From Bacteroidales bacterium (lineage in GTDB: Bacteria > Bacteroidota > Bacteroidia > Bacteroidales > FEN-979): a DNA stretch of 64,000 nt. A model generated the notes under the pieces. It had not been told where the DNA came from. It was given only the letters and a program-made list of their open reading frames with translations, and made no database searches. The translations under genes and the position numbers were made by a program. Location of the stretch: NCBI GenBank assembly GCA_014860625.1, contig JACZJJ010000161.1, positions 7,120 to 71,119 on the forward strand. The letters are read 5' to 3'. Positions 11,115-21,232 of this stretch are shown here, one piece after another (within the stretch, counting starts at the first letter, position 1; every line of letters begins with the position of its first letter).

Positions 11115-11765
11115 TTAGCAATGCTTCAACAGATGAATGGTCTCAATGGGATTGGTGGACCCGAAAACGGTATTGCCGGCAACGAGGGCATCTACTCCGG
11201 CATCGACCAATGAGCGGGCATTTTGCAGGGTGACTCCGCCGTCCACCTCAATCAGAGCATCGGATCCCTGTTCCATGATCATCGATTTCAGCTCACGGCT
11301 TTTGCGAATGGTGTTTTCGATGAAGGATTGGCCTCCGAAGCCTGGGTTAACCGACATAAGGAGCACCACATCAACTTCGCAGATGATATCCTGAAGCAAT
11401 AGAACAGGTGTATGCGGATTGAGAGAAACCCCGGCTTTGGCACCCGATTGCTTGATTGCCTGAATTGTACGGTGCAGGTGAGTGCAGGCTTCGTAATGCA
11501 CCGTGATGATGGAAGCGCCCACTTCCCTGAATTTTTCAATGTACCTGTCGGGGTCAACGATCATCAGGTGGACATCCATGGGTTTTTCCGTTACCTGATT
11601 AACCCTTTTCAGGACAGGGAACCCAAATGAGATATTGGGAACGAAAACACCATCCATAATATCCAGATGCAACCAGTCTGCTTCGCTCCGGTTCACCATG
11701 TCAATCTCTTCCTCCAGTTTCAGGAAGTTGGCGGATAACAGGGATGGAGCTATTAAATGAGACAC
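11115..11765 (-). CDS. rpe: Ribulose-phosphate 3-epimerase
   Basis: 216 aa, GTG start. Contains IAPSLLSANF, LHLDIMDG.FVPN, MSVNPGFGGQ.F and VDGG. Confidence 0.9.
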   Translation of the reverse strand: MSHLIAPSLLSANFLKLEEEIDMVNRSEADWLHLDIMDGVFVPNISFGFPVLKRVNQVTEKPMDVHLMIVDPDRYIEKFREVGASIITVHYEACTHLHRTIQAIKQSGAKAGVSLNPHTPVLLLQDIICEVDVVLLMSVNPGFGGQSFIENTIRKSRELKSMIMEQGSDALIEVDGGVTLQNARSLVDAGVDALVAGNTVFGSTNPIETIHLLKHC

Positions 11766-11769
11766 TTCA

Positions 11770-11797
11770 AATTAGGAATTACGAATTACGAATTACG
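11770..11797. repeat. Heptamer tandem array (AATTAGG, AATTACG x3)
   Basis: Read directly, immediately upstream of the rpe start. It shares the TTAGG-GAATTAC junction with the array at 11054-11109 on the other side of rpe. Confidence 0.85.
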
Positions 11798-11852
11798 ATT
11801 TTTGACTGAATTGACGATGGAAGAATGATATTTTTTCATTAATAATCCCTGT

Positions 11853-11943
11853 CCCTCTTCCCTCTTCCCTCTTCCCTCTTCCTTCTTCCCTCTTCCTTCT
11901 TCCTTCTTCCTTCTTCCCTCTTCCCTCTTCCTTCTTCCTTCTA
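11853..11943. repeat. Heptamer tandem array, about 13 units of CCCTCTT/CCTTCTT
   Basis: Read directly. It abuts and includes the rpoD stop codon (11941-11943). On the transcribed strand it is a purine-only array (AAGAGGG/AAGAAGG). Confidence 0.9.
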
Positions 11944-12804
11944 CCCCAGGTAGGTCTTCAGTATCTTACTCCTGCTGGTATGTTTCAGCCTGCGGATCGC
12001 CTTCTCCTTGATCTGGCGGACGCGTTCGCGGGTGAGGTCAAACTTTTCCCCGATCTCTTCGAGAGTCATCGGATGGCTGCCGTTCAAACCAAAATAGAGC
12101 CTGATCACATCAGCTTCGCGCTGAGTGAGGGTAGAAACTGCCCGCTCGATCTCCCTTTTCAGGGATTCGTACAACAATCCGTTTTCAGGTGTCGTATTAT
12201 CTTCACCTCTCAGGACATCATACATGGTGTTGTCTTCATCCTGAACAAGAGGGGCATCCATGGAGACATGACGGCCCGCATTCTTCATCGATTCCTTCAC
12301 CTCATTCTCCGAAATCTCCAGGAGTTTGGCAATCTCTTCAATATTTGGTTCCCGCTCATAAAGTTGTTCGAGCTGGGCATATGCCTTGTTGATTTTATTG
12401 ATCGAACCGATTTTATTCAAAGGCAGGCGAACAATCCGGGATTGTTCGGCCAATGCCTGTAGAATCGACTGGCGAATCCACCAAACGGCATAAGAGATGA
12501 ACTTAAAGCCTCTGGTTTCATCAAACCGTTGGGCTGCTTTAATGAGGCCCAGGTTCCCCTCATTGATGAGGTCAGGCAGGCTAAGTCCTTGATTCTGATA
12601 TTGTTTTGATACAGAAACCACGAAACGAAGGTTAGCTTTGGTGAGTTTCTCGAGTGCGGTATGGTCTCCCTGCTTGATGCGTTGTGCCAGGGTTACCTCC
12701 TCGTCGGCAGTGATCAGCTCAACCTTGCCAATCTCCTGCAGATATTTGTCGAGAGATGCGGTCTCACGGTTAGTAACCTGTTTGATGATTTTTAGTTGTC
12801 TCAT
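11941..12804 (-). CDS. rpoD: Primary RNA polymerase sigma factor (Bacteroidota-type short RpoD)
   Basis: 287 aa. Contains [40 protein letters not shown] and [23 protein letters not shown]. Confidence 0.9.
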   Translation of the reverse strand: MRQLKIIKQVTNRETASLDKYLQEIGKVELITADEEVTLAQRIKQGDHTALEKLTKANLRFVVSVSKQYQNQGLSLPDLINEGNLGLIKAAQRFDETRGFKFISYAVWWIRQSILQALAEQSRIVRLPLNKIGSINKINKAYAQLEQLYEREPNIEEIAKLLEISENEVKESMKNAGRHVSMDAPLVQDEDNTMYDVLRGEDNTTPENGLLYESLKREIERAVSTLTQREADVIRLYFGLNGSHPMTLEEIGEKFDLTRERVRQIKEKAIRRLKHTSRSKILKTYLG

Positions 12805-12891
12805 CCGGATCTTTTATGTCAGTGCTTGATGATGTAAACGGCCTTCTTGTTTACGTGAAACCGGGGCAACAGGTTTCACTCTCCCGAAGAT

Positions 12892-15039
12892 TTATTTAGG
12901 CTTCTGATCCTGATAATTCGCTGGTTTTTCAAGAAGTACCTTCCTGGATAGTTTCAGCTTGCCTGTCTTGGGATCTACATCAATCAGTTTGACCTCCACT
13001 TCATCTCCTACTTTCAGGGCATCTTCCACTTTTTCAAGACGCCTCCATTCAATTTCGGAGATATGGAGCAATCCGTCCTGTCCGGGCAGAATCTCAATAA
13101 AAGCGCCGAAAGTCGTGATGTTTTTCACTTTCCCTTTGTAGATTTCGCCAACCTCAGGAACTGCACAAATACGTTTGATTCTCTCAACAACAGCATCTTT
13201 TGCCTCAACATTGCTGGCAACGATATCGATCACGCCAAACTCTCCAACCTCCTCGATCACGATGGTGGTTCCTGTTTCACGTTGCATCTCCTGGATCACT
13301 TTACCGCCAGGTCCAATCACCGCACCGATAAATTCTTTCGGAATCTTGATCTGGGTAATTCTTGGAACGAATGGTTTGAAGTCGGCCCTGGGCTCAGTGA
13401 TGGTCTTCATCATTTCACCCATGATATGGAGTCTGCCGGCTTTCGCTTGTTCCAATGCCTGTTCCAGAATTTCGTAAGGCATCCCGTCTACTTTGATGTC
13501 CATCTGACAAGCCGTGATGCCATCGCGTGTTCCACAAACCTTGAAGTCCATGTCGCCGAGGTGATCTTCGTCTCCCAGGATGTCTGAAAGTACGGCATAA
13601 CGGTTTGTTTTGGAATCTGAGATCAGTCCCATTGCGATTCCGGAGACCGGTTTTTTAATCTTCACACCTGCATCCATCAGGGCCATGGTTCCTGCACAAA
13701 CAGTTGCCATGGAGGATGATCCGTTGGATTCCAGAATGTCAGATACGATACGGGTGGTATAATGATTGTCTTCAGGGTTGGGAAGGATAAATTTAAGGGC
13801 TCGCAGAGCCAGGTTGCCATGACCAACTTCGCGACGGCTTGTTCCCATCAGTCTCTTTACTTCACCGGTTGAAAAAGGAGGGAAGTTGTAATGGAGCATG
13901 AATTTTGATCTGCCTTCGAAGATGGCGCCGTCGATGATCTGTTCATCCAGTTTGGTTCCCAGGGTTACAGTAGTCAGGGATTGGGTTTCGCCACGGGTAA
14001 AGATAGCGGATCCATGAGCAGCGGGGAGGTAATCTACTTCTGTCCAGATCGGACGAATCTCGTCCAGTTTTCTGCCGTCAATCCTGATTTTGGAATCGAG
14101 GGTTGCATTCCGGATAGCTTCACGTTCAATGTCGTGATAGTATCGGGGGATCATCATTTTCTTTGCTTCCTTCTCTTCATCGCTCAGCGATTCAACGAAC
14201 TCACTCTTGATGGTGTCGAGGATGGTTTTTCTCTCTTTCTTATTGGCAATCCCTTTGATTGCCATATCGTAGATTTTCTGGTAGGTTGCATCGCGCATAA
14301 CCTGTTTGAAATCCAGGTCGTTCGTTTCGTGGCAGTATTCGCGCTTGATTTTGGATTTCTCCACCATCCCGGCGAATTCAATCTGCGCCTGGCACTGAAT
14401 CTTGATGATTTCGTGTGCAAACTTAATGGCTTCCACCATATCCTTCTCACTGATCTCTTTCATCTCGCCTTCAACCATCATGATGTTATCAATGGATGCA
14501 GCTACCATGATATCGAGGTCTGAATCGAGGAGCACATCAGCGTCGGGATTGGCGATCAATTCACCGTTCACCCTGCCGACCTTCACCTCTGAGATGGGTC
14601 CGTTAAAAGGAATGTCGCTGATAGCAATGGCTGTGGAAGCGGCCAGACAAGCAAGCGCATCGGGTAAAATATTTTTATCAGCTGAAATCAGCGTGACCAT
14701 AACCTGTACTTCGGCATGGTAATCGTCGGGAAAAAGGGGACGTAAGGCTCTGTCAACCAGCCTTGAGGTGAGGACTTCACTATCGGATGGACGGGCTTCG
14801 CGTTTGAAGAATCCACCAGGGAATCTTCCGGCGGAGGCATATTTTTCACGGTAATCAACACTCAAAGGCATGTAGTCTACATTCTCACCAGCTTCGGTTC
14901 TGGCTACAACAGTTGCAAGCAACATCGTGTCTCCCATCTTAACTACAACGGCTCCGTCGGCCTGACGGGCTAAACGGCCAGTTTCCAGGGTGATCTCGCG
15001 ACCATCCGGGAGTTGAATTTTCTTTGTAATTGCATTCAT
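12892..15039 (-). CDS. pnp: Polyribonucleotide nucleotidyltransferase (PNPase)
   Basis: 715 aa. Two RNase PH domains, a KH domain ([15 protein letters not shown]) and an S1 domain ([20 protein letters not shown]). Confidence 0.95.
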   Translation of the reverse strand: MNAITKKIQLPDGREITLETGRLARQADGAVVVKMGDTMLLATVVARTEAGENVDYMPLSVDYREKYASAGRFPGGFFKREARPSDSEVLTSRLVDRALRPLFPDDYHAEVQVMVTLISADKNILPDALACLAASTAIAISDIPFNGPISEVKVGRVNGELIANPDADVLLDSDLDIMVAASIDNIMMVEGEMKEISEKDMVEAIKFAHEIIKIQCQAQIEFAGMVEKSKIKREYCHETNDLDFKQVMRDATYQKIYDMAIKGIANKKERKTILDTIKSEFVESLSDEEKEAKKMMIPRYYHDIEREAIRNATLDSKIRIDGRKLDEIRPIWTEVDYLPAAHGSAIFTRGETQSLTTVTLGTKLDEQIIDGAIFEGRSKFMLHYNFPPFSTGEVKRLMGTSRREVGHGNLALRALKFILPNPEDNHYTTRIVSDILESNGSSSMATVCAGTMALMDAGVKIKKPVSGIAMGLISDSKTNRYAVLSDILGDEDHLGDMDFKVCGTRDGITACQMDIKVDGMPYEILEQALEQAKAGRLHIMGEMMKTITEPRADFKPFVPRITQIKIPKEFIGAVIGPGGKVIQEMQRETGTTIVIEEVGEFGVIDIVASNVEAKDAVVERIKRICAVPEVGEIYKGKVKNITTFGAFIEILPGQDGLLHISEIEWRRLEKVEDALKVGDEVEVKLIDVDPKTGKLKLSRKVLLEKPANYQDQKPK

Positions 15040-15082
15040 AATTTCGTATCTCTATTTTTTCGATTTGTAACCGACAAATGCT

Positions 15083-15107
15083 AAAAAAGGCAATCCGGGA
15101 ATTGCCT
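15083..15107 (-). terminator. Intrinsic terminator / attenuator hairpin between rpsO and pnp
   Basis: On the minus strand: AGGCAAT-tcccgg-ATTGCCT followed by a T-run, about 25 nt after the rpsO stop. The position is analogous to the rpsO-pnp attenuator known in E. coli. Confidence 0.65.
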
Positions 15108-15132
15108 CTTTCAGTTCAGTCAGGATAATAAT

Positions 15133-15402
15133 TTATTTTCTTAGTTTTAGTTTCTTGATGATTGTGCGGTAGCGCTCAATATCTTTTTTCTTCAGATAAT
15201 CCAGGAGGGAACGGCGCTTTCCAACCATCAGAACCAATGATCTTTCTGTGACGAGATCTTTTTTATTTCTTTTCAGGTGTTCTGTGAGGTGCTGAATCTT
15301 CATGGAGAAGAGTGCGACCTGTCCTTCAGTTGAACCTGTGTCAAATTCTGATTTTCCGTACTCTTTAAACGTTGTTTTCTTAACTTCAGGAGCAAAATTC
15401 AT
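15133..15402 (-). CDS. rpsO: 30S ribosomal protein S15
   Basis: The track ORF is 99 aa. I start at the internal Met (15402), giving an 89-aa protein MNFAPEVKK...GSTEGQVALFS.KI..LTEHLK.NKKD..S.R.L..MVGKRR.LL.YL. Confidence 0.9.
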   Translation of the reverse strand: MNFAPEVKKTTFKEYGKSEFDTGSTEGQVALFSMKIQHLTEHLKRNKKDLVTERSLVLMVGKRRSLLDYLKKKDIERYRTIIKKLKLRK

Positions 15403-15502
15403 TGTATAATTGTTGTTTAAAATGGGCTGCAAAAGTAATATTTTTCTTTCAGAACAGCAAATAAAATTTAATCTTATATCTTTACTTATATTTTTACTTT
15501 GT

Positions 15503-16882
15503 ATGACTCAGAATATTCAGTTAAACCGGCACAGCCAGCAGAAATTTTTCGACTCGTTCAAGACCCGGGATGTCGATTTCAGGATTGAGCAGTTAAAACA
15601 ACTGAAAAGCGCCGTCAGTGCTTATGAAGAGAAAATTTATCAGGCATTGTGGAAAGACTTGCATAAATCGCAATTTGAGGCCTTTGTTACGGAAGTTGGC
15701 ATCGTGCAGAAAGAGATCGCCCTTCATATCCGGAAACTCAAACGATGGTCGCGCCCCGAAAGGGTCTCTACCAATCAGCTGATTCATTTCTGGTCAACCA
15801 GCAGGATCAGACGTGAACCCTATGGTCTTGCACTGATCATCGCACCATGGAACTATCCGTTTCTGCTAACGGTTGGCCCGCTGATCGGAGCCATCTCAGC
15901 TGGAAATTGCACAGCGTTGAAGCCTTCAGAGTTTGCTCCCCATACGGCTGAAGTTATTTCAACGATGATGAACGAATTTTTCCCTGCTTCTTACATTTCA
16001 GTTTACCAGGGTGGGGTAGAAGTAGGTTCGGAATTACTCACCGAGAAGTGGGATTATATCTTTTTTACCGGAAGCAAACAGGTGGGAAGGATTGTCATGG
16101 AAGCGGCATCCCGAAATCTGACACCTGTTACACTCGAGCTGGGTGGGAAAAATCCCTGCATTGTGGATGAAGATGCTAACCTGAAGCGTGCAGCGGCACG
16201 TATAGCCTGGGGCAAACTCGTTAATGCCGGGCAGACCTGTATCGCCCCCGACTATCTTTTCGTACACAAACAGGTTAAATCAGAATTTCTGAAATTGCTT
16301 GAAAAATATATCCGCAAATATTACGGCGATCCTGCAAAGGAGAGTATTGATTACGGCCGCATTATTTCAGCATCAAAAACGGAGAGACTGGGCGATTTTC
16401 TGAAAGGAATGACAACCTATTACGGAGGCGATATGAATTTTTCAGAACGTTATCTTTCTCCAACAATTCTCACAGATGTCAATCCGGATGATCCGGTCAT
16501 GAAGGAGGAGATCTTCGGGCCAATTTTCCCGGTGTTGGAGTTTGAGTCCCTCCCGGAGGTGATTGCTTTTGTAAATGCGCGCGAAAAACCGCTCGGATTG
16601 TATTATTTTTCGAAAGATAGACAAAAACAGGACAGGGTTCTTGCACAGACCTCTTCAGGGGGAGCATCCATCAACGATGTGATCGTCCAGTTCGCCTCTG
16701 AATCCATGCCTTTCGGAGGCGTTGGCAGCAGCGGAATGGGAAGCTATCATGGAAAATTCAGTTTCGACACCTTTTCTCACAGGCGATCGGTACTGAAAAA
16801 AGTAAACTGGATAGATATTCCGCTGCGTTACCCTCCATACAGGAAACTGGGGTTGGTGAGGTGGTTGTTTGACATATGGTGA
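15503..16882 (+). CDS. Aldehyde dehydrogenase (ALDH3-like, NAD(P)+)
   Basis: The track ORF starts at 15410 and overlaps rpsO. I prefer the ATG at 15503 (MTQNIQLN...). Catalytic Glu in LELGGKNPCIV and catalytic Cys in NAGQTCIAPDY. Confidence 0.85.
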   Translation: MTQNIQLNRHSQQKFFDSFKTRDVDFRIEQLKQLKSAVSAYEEKIYQALWKDLHKSQFEAFVTEVGIVQKEIALHIRKLKRWSRPERVSTNQLIHFWSTSRIRREPYGLALIIAPWNYPFLLTVGPLIGAISAGNCTALKPSEFAPHTAEVISTMMNEFFPASYISVYQGGVEVGSELLTEKWDYIFFTGSKQVGRIVMEAASRNLTPVTLELGGKNPCIVDEDANLKRAAARIAWGKLVNAGQTCIAPDYLFVHKQVKSEFLKLLEKYIRKYYGDPAKESIDYGRIISASKTERLGDFLKGMTTYYGGDMNFSERYLSPTILTDVNPDDPVMKEEIFGPIFPVLEFESLPEVIAFVNAREKPLGLYYFSKDRQKQDRVLAQTSSGGASINDVIVQFASESMPFGGVGSSGMGSYHGKFSFDTFSHRRSVLKKVNWIDIPLRYPPYRKLGLVRWLFDIW

Positions 16883-16957
16883 GATGGTGAAATAGTGAAA
16901 TAGTGAAATGTTGAAATGGTGAAATAGTGAAATGGTGAAATGGTGAAATAGTGAAAT
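16878..16957. repeat. Octamer tandem array, 10 units of (A/G)GTGAAAT
   Basis: Read directly. It begins on the ALDH stop codon (TGA, 16880-16882) and ends 3 nt before the next ATG (16961), so the spacer is essentially all array. Confidence 0.9.
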
Positions 16958-16960
16958 ATT

Positions 16961-17221
16961 ATGGAAAATTACAAAGAGGAGTTTAAGGTTAAGGGTGAGG
17001 AGTTGATCGGGAAGATCAAGGAACTCATTCATGAAGGCAATGTACGCCGCATCATCATCAAGGATGAAGCGGGGAAAACCTTCATTGAGATCCCGATTAC
17101 CATTGGGATCATTGGTGCTCTTGTAGCCCCCATTCTTGCTGCGGTTGGAGCCATTGCCGTGATGGCCGCCAAATTTACGGTTGAAGTGGTTCGTTCGGAA
17201 GAACCGGAGAAGAAGAAGTAA
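16961..17221 (+). CDS. Small membrane-associated protein, DUF4342-like
   Basis: 86 aa. Contains LIGKIKELIHEGNVRRIIIKDEAGKTFIEIPITIGIIGALVAPILAAVGAIAVMAAKFTVEVVR, which matches my recollection of DUF4342 proteins. Confidence 0.5.
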   Translation: MENYKEEFKVKGEELIGKIKELIHEGNVRRIIIKDEAGKTFIEIPITIGIIGALVAPILAAVGAIAVMAAKFTVEVVRSEEPEKKK

Positions 17222-17298
17222 GTAGGAATGTAGGAATGTAGGAATGTGGGAATGTAGGAATGTAGGAATGTAGGGCTCATCCTTCATCCTTCATCCAG
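17222..17298. repeat. Octamer array GTAGGAAT x7, followed by heptamer CATCCTT x2-3
   Basis: Read directly. It starts 1 nt after the stop of the 86-aa gene. The CATCCTT units contain the aroE stop codon and its last codons (...DEG*). Confidence 0.9.
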
Positions 17299-18042
17299 AA
17301 ACAATTTAAGCGCCAGTTCTGCCTGATGATGCAGCATGCTTAGTCCCGACTGAACGCTTGCTCCGTATGTCATTCCTTGTTTCATAAATGCCGTGATCTC
17401 CGGATTGTAGACCAGGTCGTAGAGGAGGTGTTGTGAAGTGAGGCAACGGTATGGTAATGAAGGGAAATCATCTGTGTTGGGGAACATCCCAACAGGAGTG
17501 GTGTTAATGATAAGGGTGTGACTTTCCATTACGGCTTCATTCACGTCTGAATAGGAAATCGCACGATTTTTATACCTTGACCGGGAAACCAGTGTGAAGG
17601 AGATGCCCATTTTCTGCAGTGCCCAGGTTACTGCTTTAGAGGCTCCTCCAGTGCCCAAAACCAACGCATTTGTGTGTTTGGAAAAATCGGCGGATAGCGC
17701 AAATCCATCTGCATCCGTGTTGTAACCGGTAAGTTCTCTGTCGTCTCCCGATCTCTCAATGGTAATCGTATTGACAGCTCCGATCTCCCTGGCCGCCGGA
17801 TCAATCGTGTCGAGATAGGTTAGGATGGATTGTTTGTACGGAATCGTCACGTTCAGTCCGCGGAGATTCGGAGTTGTTGCTAGAAATTGACTGAAATTGT
17901 CGAGTGACTTTATGGAAAATAACTGGTAGTCAGTGGTTTTCAGGCCCAGCTCGCGGAAGCGGTTCTGAAAGTAAGATGGGGACCATGAATGCTCGAGAGG
18001 GAACCCGATCAATCCAAAGGTATGTTTCATCTGAGTTGTCAC
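17284..18042 (-). CDS. aroE: Shikimate dehydrogenase
   Basis: 252 aa. Contains GLIGFPLEHSWSP, LNVTIPYK, GYNTD and a GTGGASKA Rossmann motif. Confidence 0.85.
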   Translation of the reverse strand: MTTQMKHTFGLIGFPLEHSWSPSYFQNRFRELGLKTTDYQLFSIKSLDNFSQFLATTPNLRGLNVTIPYKQSILTYLDTIDPAAREIGAVNTITIERSGDDRELTGYNTDADGFALSADFSKHTNALVLGTGGASKAVTWALQKMGISFTLVSRSRYKNRAISYSDVNEAVMESHTLIINTTPVGMFPNTDDFPSLPYRCLTSQHLLYDLVYNPEITAFMKQGMTYGASVQSGLSMLHHQAELALKLFLDEG

Positions 18043-18045
18043 TCC

Positions 18046-19449
18046 CTATTTTTTGAAGGAGGTAATCATGTCGATCACTGTAGGATGTTTTTCCGCTTCA
18101 GGGAAAGTGACAAACAGCCTTTTATACCCGTCAGGATCCATAGCCATGGCTTTGAACAGGTAATCATTGGCTTGCTGATGCTTGCCGTTCAGCAGCAGAA
18201 AGTAGGCCATGCTGTAATAGAGATCGGAGTGATTTTCATGATGCTTCATTCCGTCAGATAATGTCAGACAGGCGGCAGGATAATCCTTCAGTTCGACATA
18301 TGCATTGGCCAGGGCAAGCCATACTTCCGGATCTGTTGGATCCAGACCGATCACTTTCCTGTAAGAGGAGATGCCTTCTGAATGTTTTTGCAGTTTGATC
18401 TGCAGGTCGCCAAGGATAAACCAGTATTCAGGCATTGTAGGGGATAGACGAACAGCCTTTTTTACATAAGCGTAGGCAATCGCTGGTTTGTCCAGTTCGT
18501 CAAAACACATGCCAACAGCCAGCCAGGCATCGGCAAATTCAGGATCGAGGTTTATCGCTTTCTTGTATTGCTGGATGGCGGATTCAAACTGATGCTGTTT
18601 TTCATAGCATTCTGCAATGTAGTAATGAGTCAGTGGCTCGGGGTCTTCATAGGTAAACGTCTCCATGTAGGCTTCAATCGCCTTGTCATACTCATTGATG
18701 TTGGCATAACAGTTTGCTTTGTTGAAAAAGGCGGAGGCAAAGGATTCATCAATTGCCAGTGTGAATTCATAGGCATCGATGGCTTTTTCAAACAGCTCCA
18801 GGTTGCTGTAGGCAATTCCCAGATTGAACCAGGCTGCTTTGTTGTAAGGATGATGATCAAGGAACTGAAGCAGATAGCTGACAATTCTTTCCGTTTGCTG
18901 ATTGATCTCGCAGCAAAAGGAGAGTTCAAACAGAACAGCCTCGTTCTCAGGATTAAAGTTCAATGCCTTGATGAGGAAATCAATCGCCTGATCAAATTTT
19001 CCGAGGTTCTCATATTCATAGGCAATACTGGCATAGATCTCGTCTATGTCATCGGTATCGTGGATGCCTAGCGTAAACTCATCAATTGCGCGCTCATATT
19101 TATTAAGCTGGCTGAATAAAGAACCTCGCAGCAAATGAAGTTCGTGATCGTGTGTCATCTCCTGTTCTGTCTCTTCCAGCAATTTTAAGGCTTGCTTCTC
19201 TTTGCCTGAATTAATCAGGAATTGCACTTGTTTTAATAACAGGGAGATGTTTCCAGGATGCTGTTTCAGTGCCCTCTCAAGGGTTTTCTGGAACCTGGAG
19301 TTTTTGTTGTGAAAGAGGTAATAGTCGAGGATGTCCTCAAACTCATCAAGGTCAAAAAAACCAGACTGGCCGTCAGAAGTTAACTCTTCATAACGGTGAA
19401 TCAGTGCAGCGATCTCAGGATCAGAAAAAGGATCAAAAGGGTTTTCCAT
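18046..19449 (-). CDS. Tetratricopeptide-repeat protein
   Basis: 467 aa. Repeated A..N.G.AY......KAI..Y TPR units throughout. Confidence 0.7.
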   Translation of the reverse strand: MENPFDPFSDPEIAALIHRYEELTSDGQSGFFDLDEFEDILDYYLFHNKNSRFQKTLERALKQHPGNISLLLKQVQFLINSGKEKQALKLLEETEQEMTHDHELHLLRGSLFSQLNKYERAIDEFTLGIHDTDDIDEIYASIAYEYENLGKFDQAIDFLIKALNFNPENEAVLFELSFCCEINQQTERIVSYLLQFLDHHPYNKAAWFNLGIAYSNLELFEKAIDAYEFTLAIDESFASAFFNKANCYANINEYDKAIEAYMETFTYEDPEPLTHYYIAECYEKQHQFESAIQQYKKAINLDPEFADAWLAVGMCFDELDKPAIAYAYVKKAVRLSPTMPEYWFILGDLQIKLQKHSEGISSYRKVIGLDPTDPEVWLALANAYVELKDYPAACLTLSDGMKHHENHSDLYYSMAYFLLLNGKHQQANDYLFKAMAMDPDGYKRLFVTFPEAEKHPTVIDMITSFKK

Positions 19450-19562
19450 AAACTATTCTCCACCGCAAAATTAATAAATTCCACCATCCCCAACGCAGAT
19501 CAATCTATCATCAAGATTTCAATAGTTTTCAACATCGAAAAAAAATGACGTAAAAAATACGT

Positions 19563-19570
19563 TACATTTG
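19563..19570 (+). promoter_or_regulatory. Candidate -7 promoter box (TACATTTG) upstream of glmM
   Basis: TAnnTTTG match, 17 nt upstream of the ATG at 19587. Confidence 0.4.
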
Positions 19571-19586
19571 TTTCAAAATCTGTGGT

Positions 19587-20981
19587 ATGACACTGATTAA
19601 ATCAATCTCAGGGATTCGTGGAACAATAGGAGGGGTGCCTGATGAAGGACTGACGCCGCTTGATATTGTAAAATATATCACTGCATATGCCTGTTTTATT
19701 AAGAAAGCCGAACCTGATAAAAAAGTGAAGGTTGTTGTAGGCCGGGATGCCAGAATCTCCGGACCCATGGTCAATCACCTTGTTTGCGGGACACTGCTTG
19801 GAATGGGAATTGACGTGCTGGATATTGGTCTGACCACAACCCCAACGGTTGAAATGGCTGTAACCGACAGTAGTTCCGACGGTGGAATTATCCTCACCGC
19901 AAGCCATAACCCGAAGCAGTGGAATGCACTTAAGCTCTTGAACCACAAGGGGGAATTCTTATCGGCCAGGGATGGAGAGGAGCTGATGAAGATCGTTGAG
20001 GCGGAAACCTATTTCTATGCTGAGGTTGATAAACTTGGGGTCTATAGTTCCAGTAACAGCTATTTGCTGAAGCACATCAATCACATCCTGGATATCCCGC
20101 TTGTCGATTGTGAAGCCATAAAAAATGCCCACTTCAGTGTGGTGGTTGATGCCGTAAACTCGACCGGAGGGATTGCGATCCCACTGCTGTTGGAGGTGCT
20201 TGGGGTGAGTAAGATACACCAGCTGTATTGTGAACCGACAGGCCATTTTCCACACAATCCGGAACCTCTGCCCGAACATTTGTCCGCTATCTGTGAAGAG
20301 GTTGTAAAGCAGAAAGCGGATGTCGGATTTGTTGTCGACCCCGATGTTGACCGTCTGGCTATCGTTAATGAACTGGGAGAGCCCATCGGCGAAGAGTATA
20401 CGCTGGTGGCTGTGGCCGATTATGTTCTCCGGGATAAGCCCGGGAACACTGTATCCAACCTCTCTTCCACGCAAGCCTTGAAAGAGATTACGGAGAAGGC
20501 CGGAGGACAATATTTTGCTTCGGCTGTCGGGGAGGTGAATGTGGTGGAGATGATGAAAAAGAAAAAGGCTGTGATTGGTGGCGAAGGCAATGGTGGTGTG
20601 ATATATCCCAATTTGCATTACGGCCGTGATGCCCTGGTTGGAATCGCACTATTCCTGAGCTATCTTGCAAAAACCGGTAAAACATGTTCCTCGTTGAGAG
20701 CTGATTATCCAAACTATTTTATCTCGAAAAATAAAATAGAGTTTAGCCCTGAGATTGCACTGGATGACATCCTGGACCACATTGTTGAGCAATACAAAGA
20801 TCACGATATCAGTAGAATTGATGGCGTGAAGATTCATTTCGACAAATCGTGGGTTCACCTCCGGAAATCAAATACAGAAGCAATCATTCGGATCTATGCT
20901 GAAAGTGATATGCCCGAAAAAGCGGATCACCTGGCCCGGAAGATCCTTTCCGATTTCAGGGTGATCCTTAACGGTGAATAG
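19587..20981 (+). CDS. glmM: Phosphoglucosamine mutase (Bacteroidota type)
   Basis: 464 aa. Contains MTLIKSISGIRGT, the active-site loop TASHNP and the metal loop VDPDVDR. Confidence 0.8.
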   Translation: MTLIKSISGIRGTIGGVPDEGLTPLDIVKYITAYACFIKKAEPDKKVKVVVGRDARISGPMVNHLVCGTLLGMGIDVLDIGLTTTPTVEMAVTDSSSDGGIILTASHNPKQWNALKLLNHKGEFLSARDGEELMKIVEAETYFYAEVDKLGVYSSSNSYLLKHINHILDIPLVDCEAIKNAHFSVVVDAVNSTGGIAIPLLLEVLGVSKIHQLYCEPTGHFPHNPEPLPEHLSAICEEVVKQKADVGFVVDPDVDRLAIVNELGEPIGEEYTLVAVADYVLRDKPGNTVSNLSSTQALKEITEKAGGQYFASAVGEVNVVEMMKKKKAVIGGEGNGGVIYPNLHYGRDALVGIALFLSYLAKTGKTCSSLRADYPNYFISKNKIEFSPEIALDDILDHIVEQYKDHDISRIDGVKIHFDKSWVHLRKSNTEAIIRIYAESDMPEKADHLARKILSDFRVILNGE

Positions 20982-20986
20982 AAGGT

Positions 20987-21232
20987 ATGCCACGACCTAA
21001 AGCGAAAAAGAAACGCAAACCAATTCGTTACAAGAGCCTTACAATCACCCTTACGGCCCGACAGAAACGTTCTCTCGAACGCTTTGCAAAATCAAGGCGT
21101 ACCACACCAACCAAGCTGATTAAAAAAGCGATCCGACCCCTGCTTGAGAATTATGCCGATCTGGAGGTGAATGTGAATAGTGAGAAGATTAACCAATTGC
21201 AATTGTTTGATTCGCTTCGCGATAACCCCTAA
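20987..21232 (+). CDS. Small basic protein with predicted ribbon-helix-helix fold
   Basis: 81 aa, 5 nt after glmM. Lys/Arg-rich tail, then a beta-strand (SLTITLT) followed by two helices (ARQKRSLERFAKSRR, PTKLIKKAIRPLLENY). The fold call comes from the sequence pattern only. Confidence 0.35.
   Translation: MPRPKAKKKRKPIRYKSLTITLTARQKRSLERFAKSRRTTPTKLIKKAIRPLLENYADLEVNVNSEKINQLQLFDSLRDNP

Noticed and set aside
16655-17287. 210-aa minus-strand ORF spanning the ALDH 3' end, the small gene and both octamer arrays.
   Set aside because: Its sequence is a direct translation of the tandem repeats (PTFLHSHIPTFLHS, ISLFHHFTISLFHHFN) plus antisense of real genes, so it is a repeat artefact.
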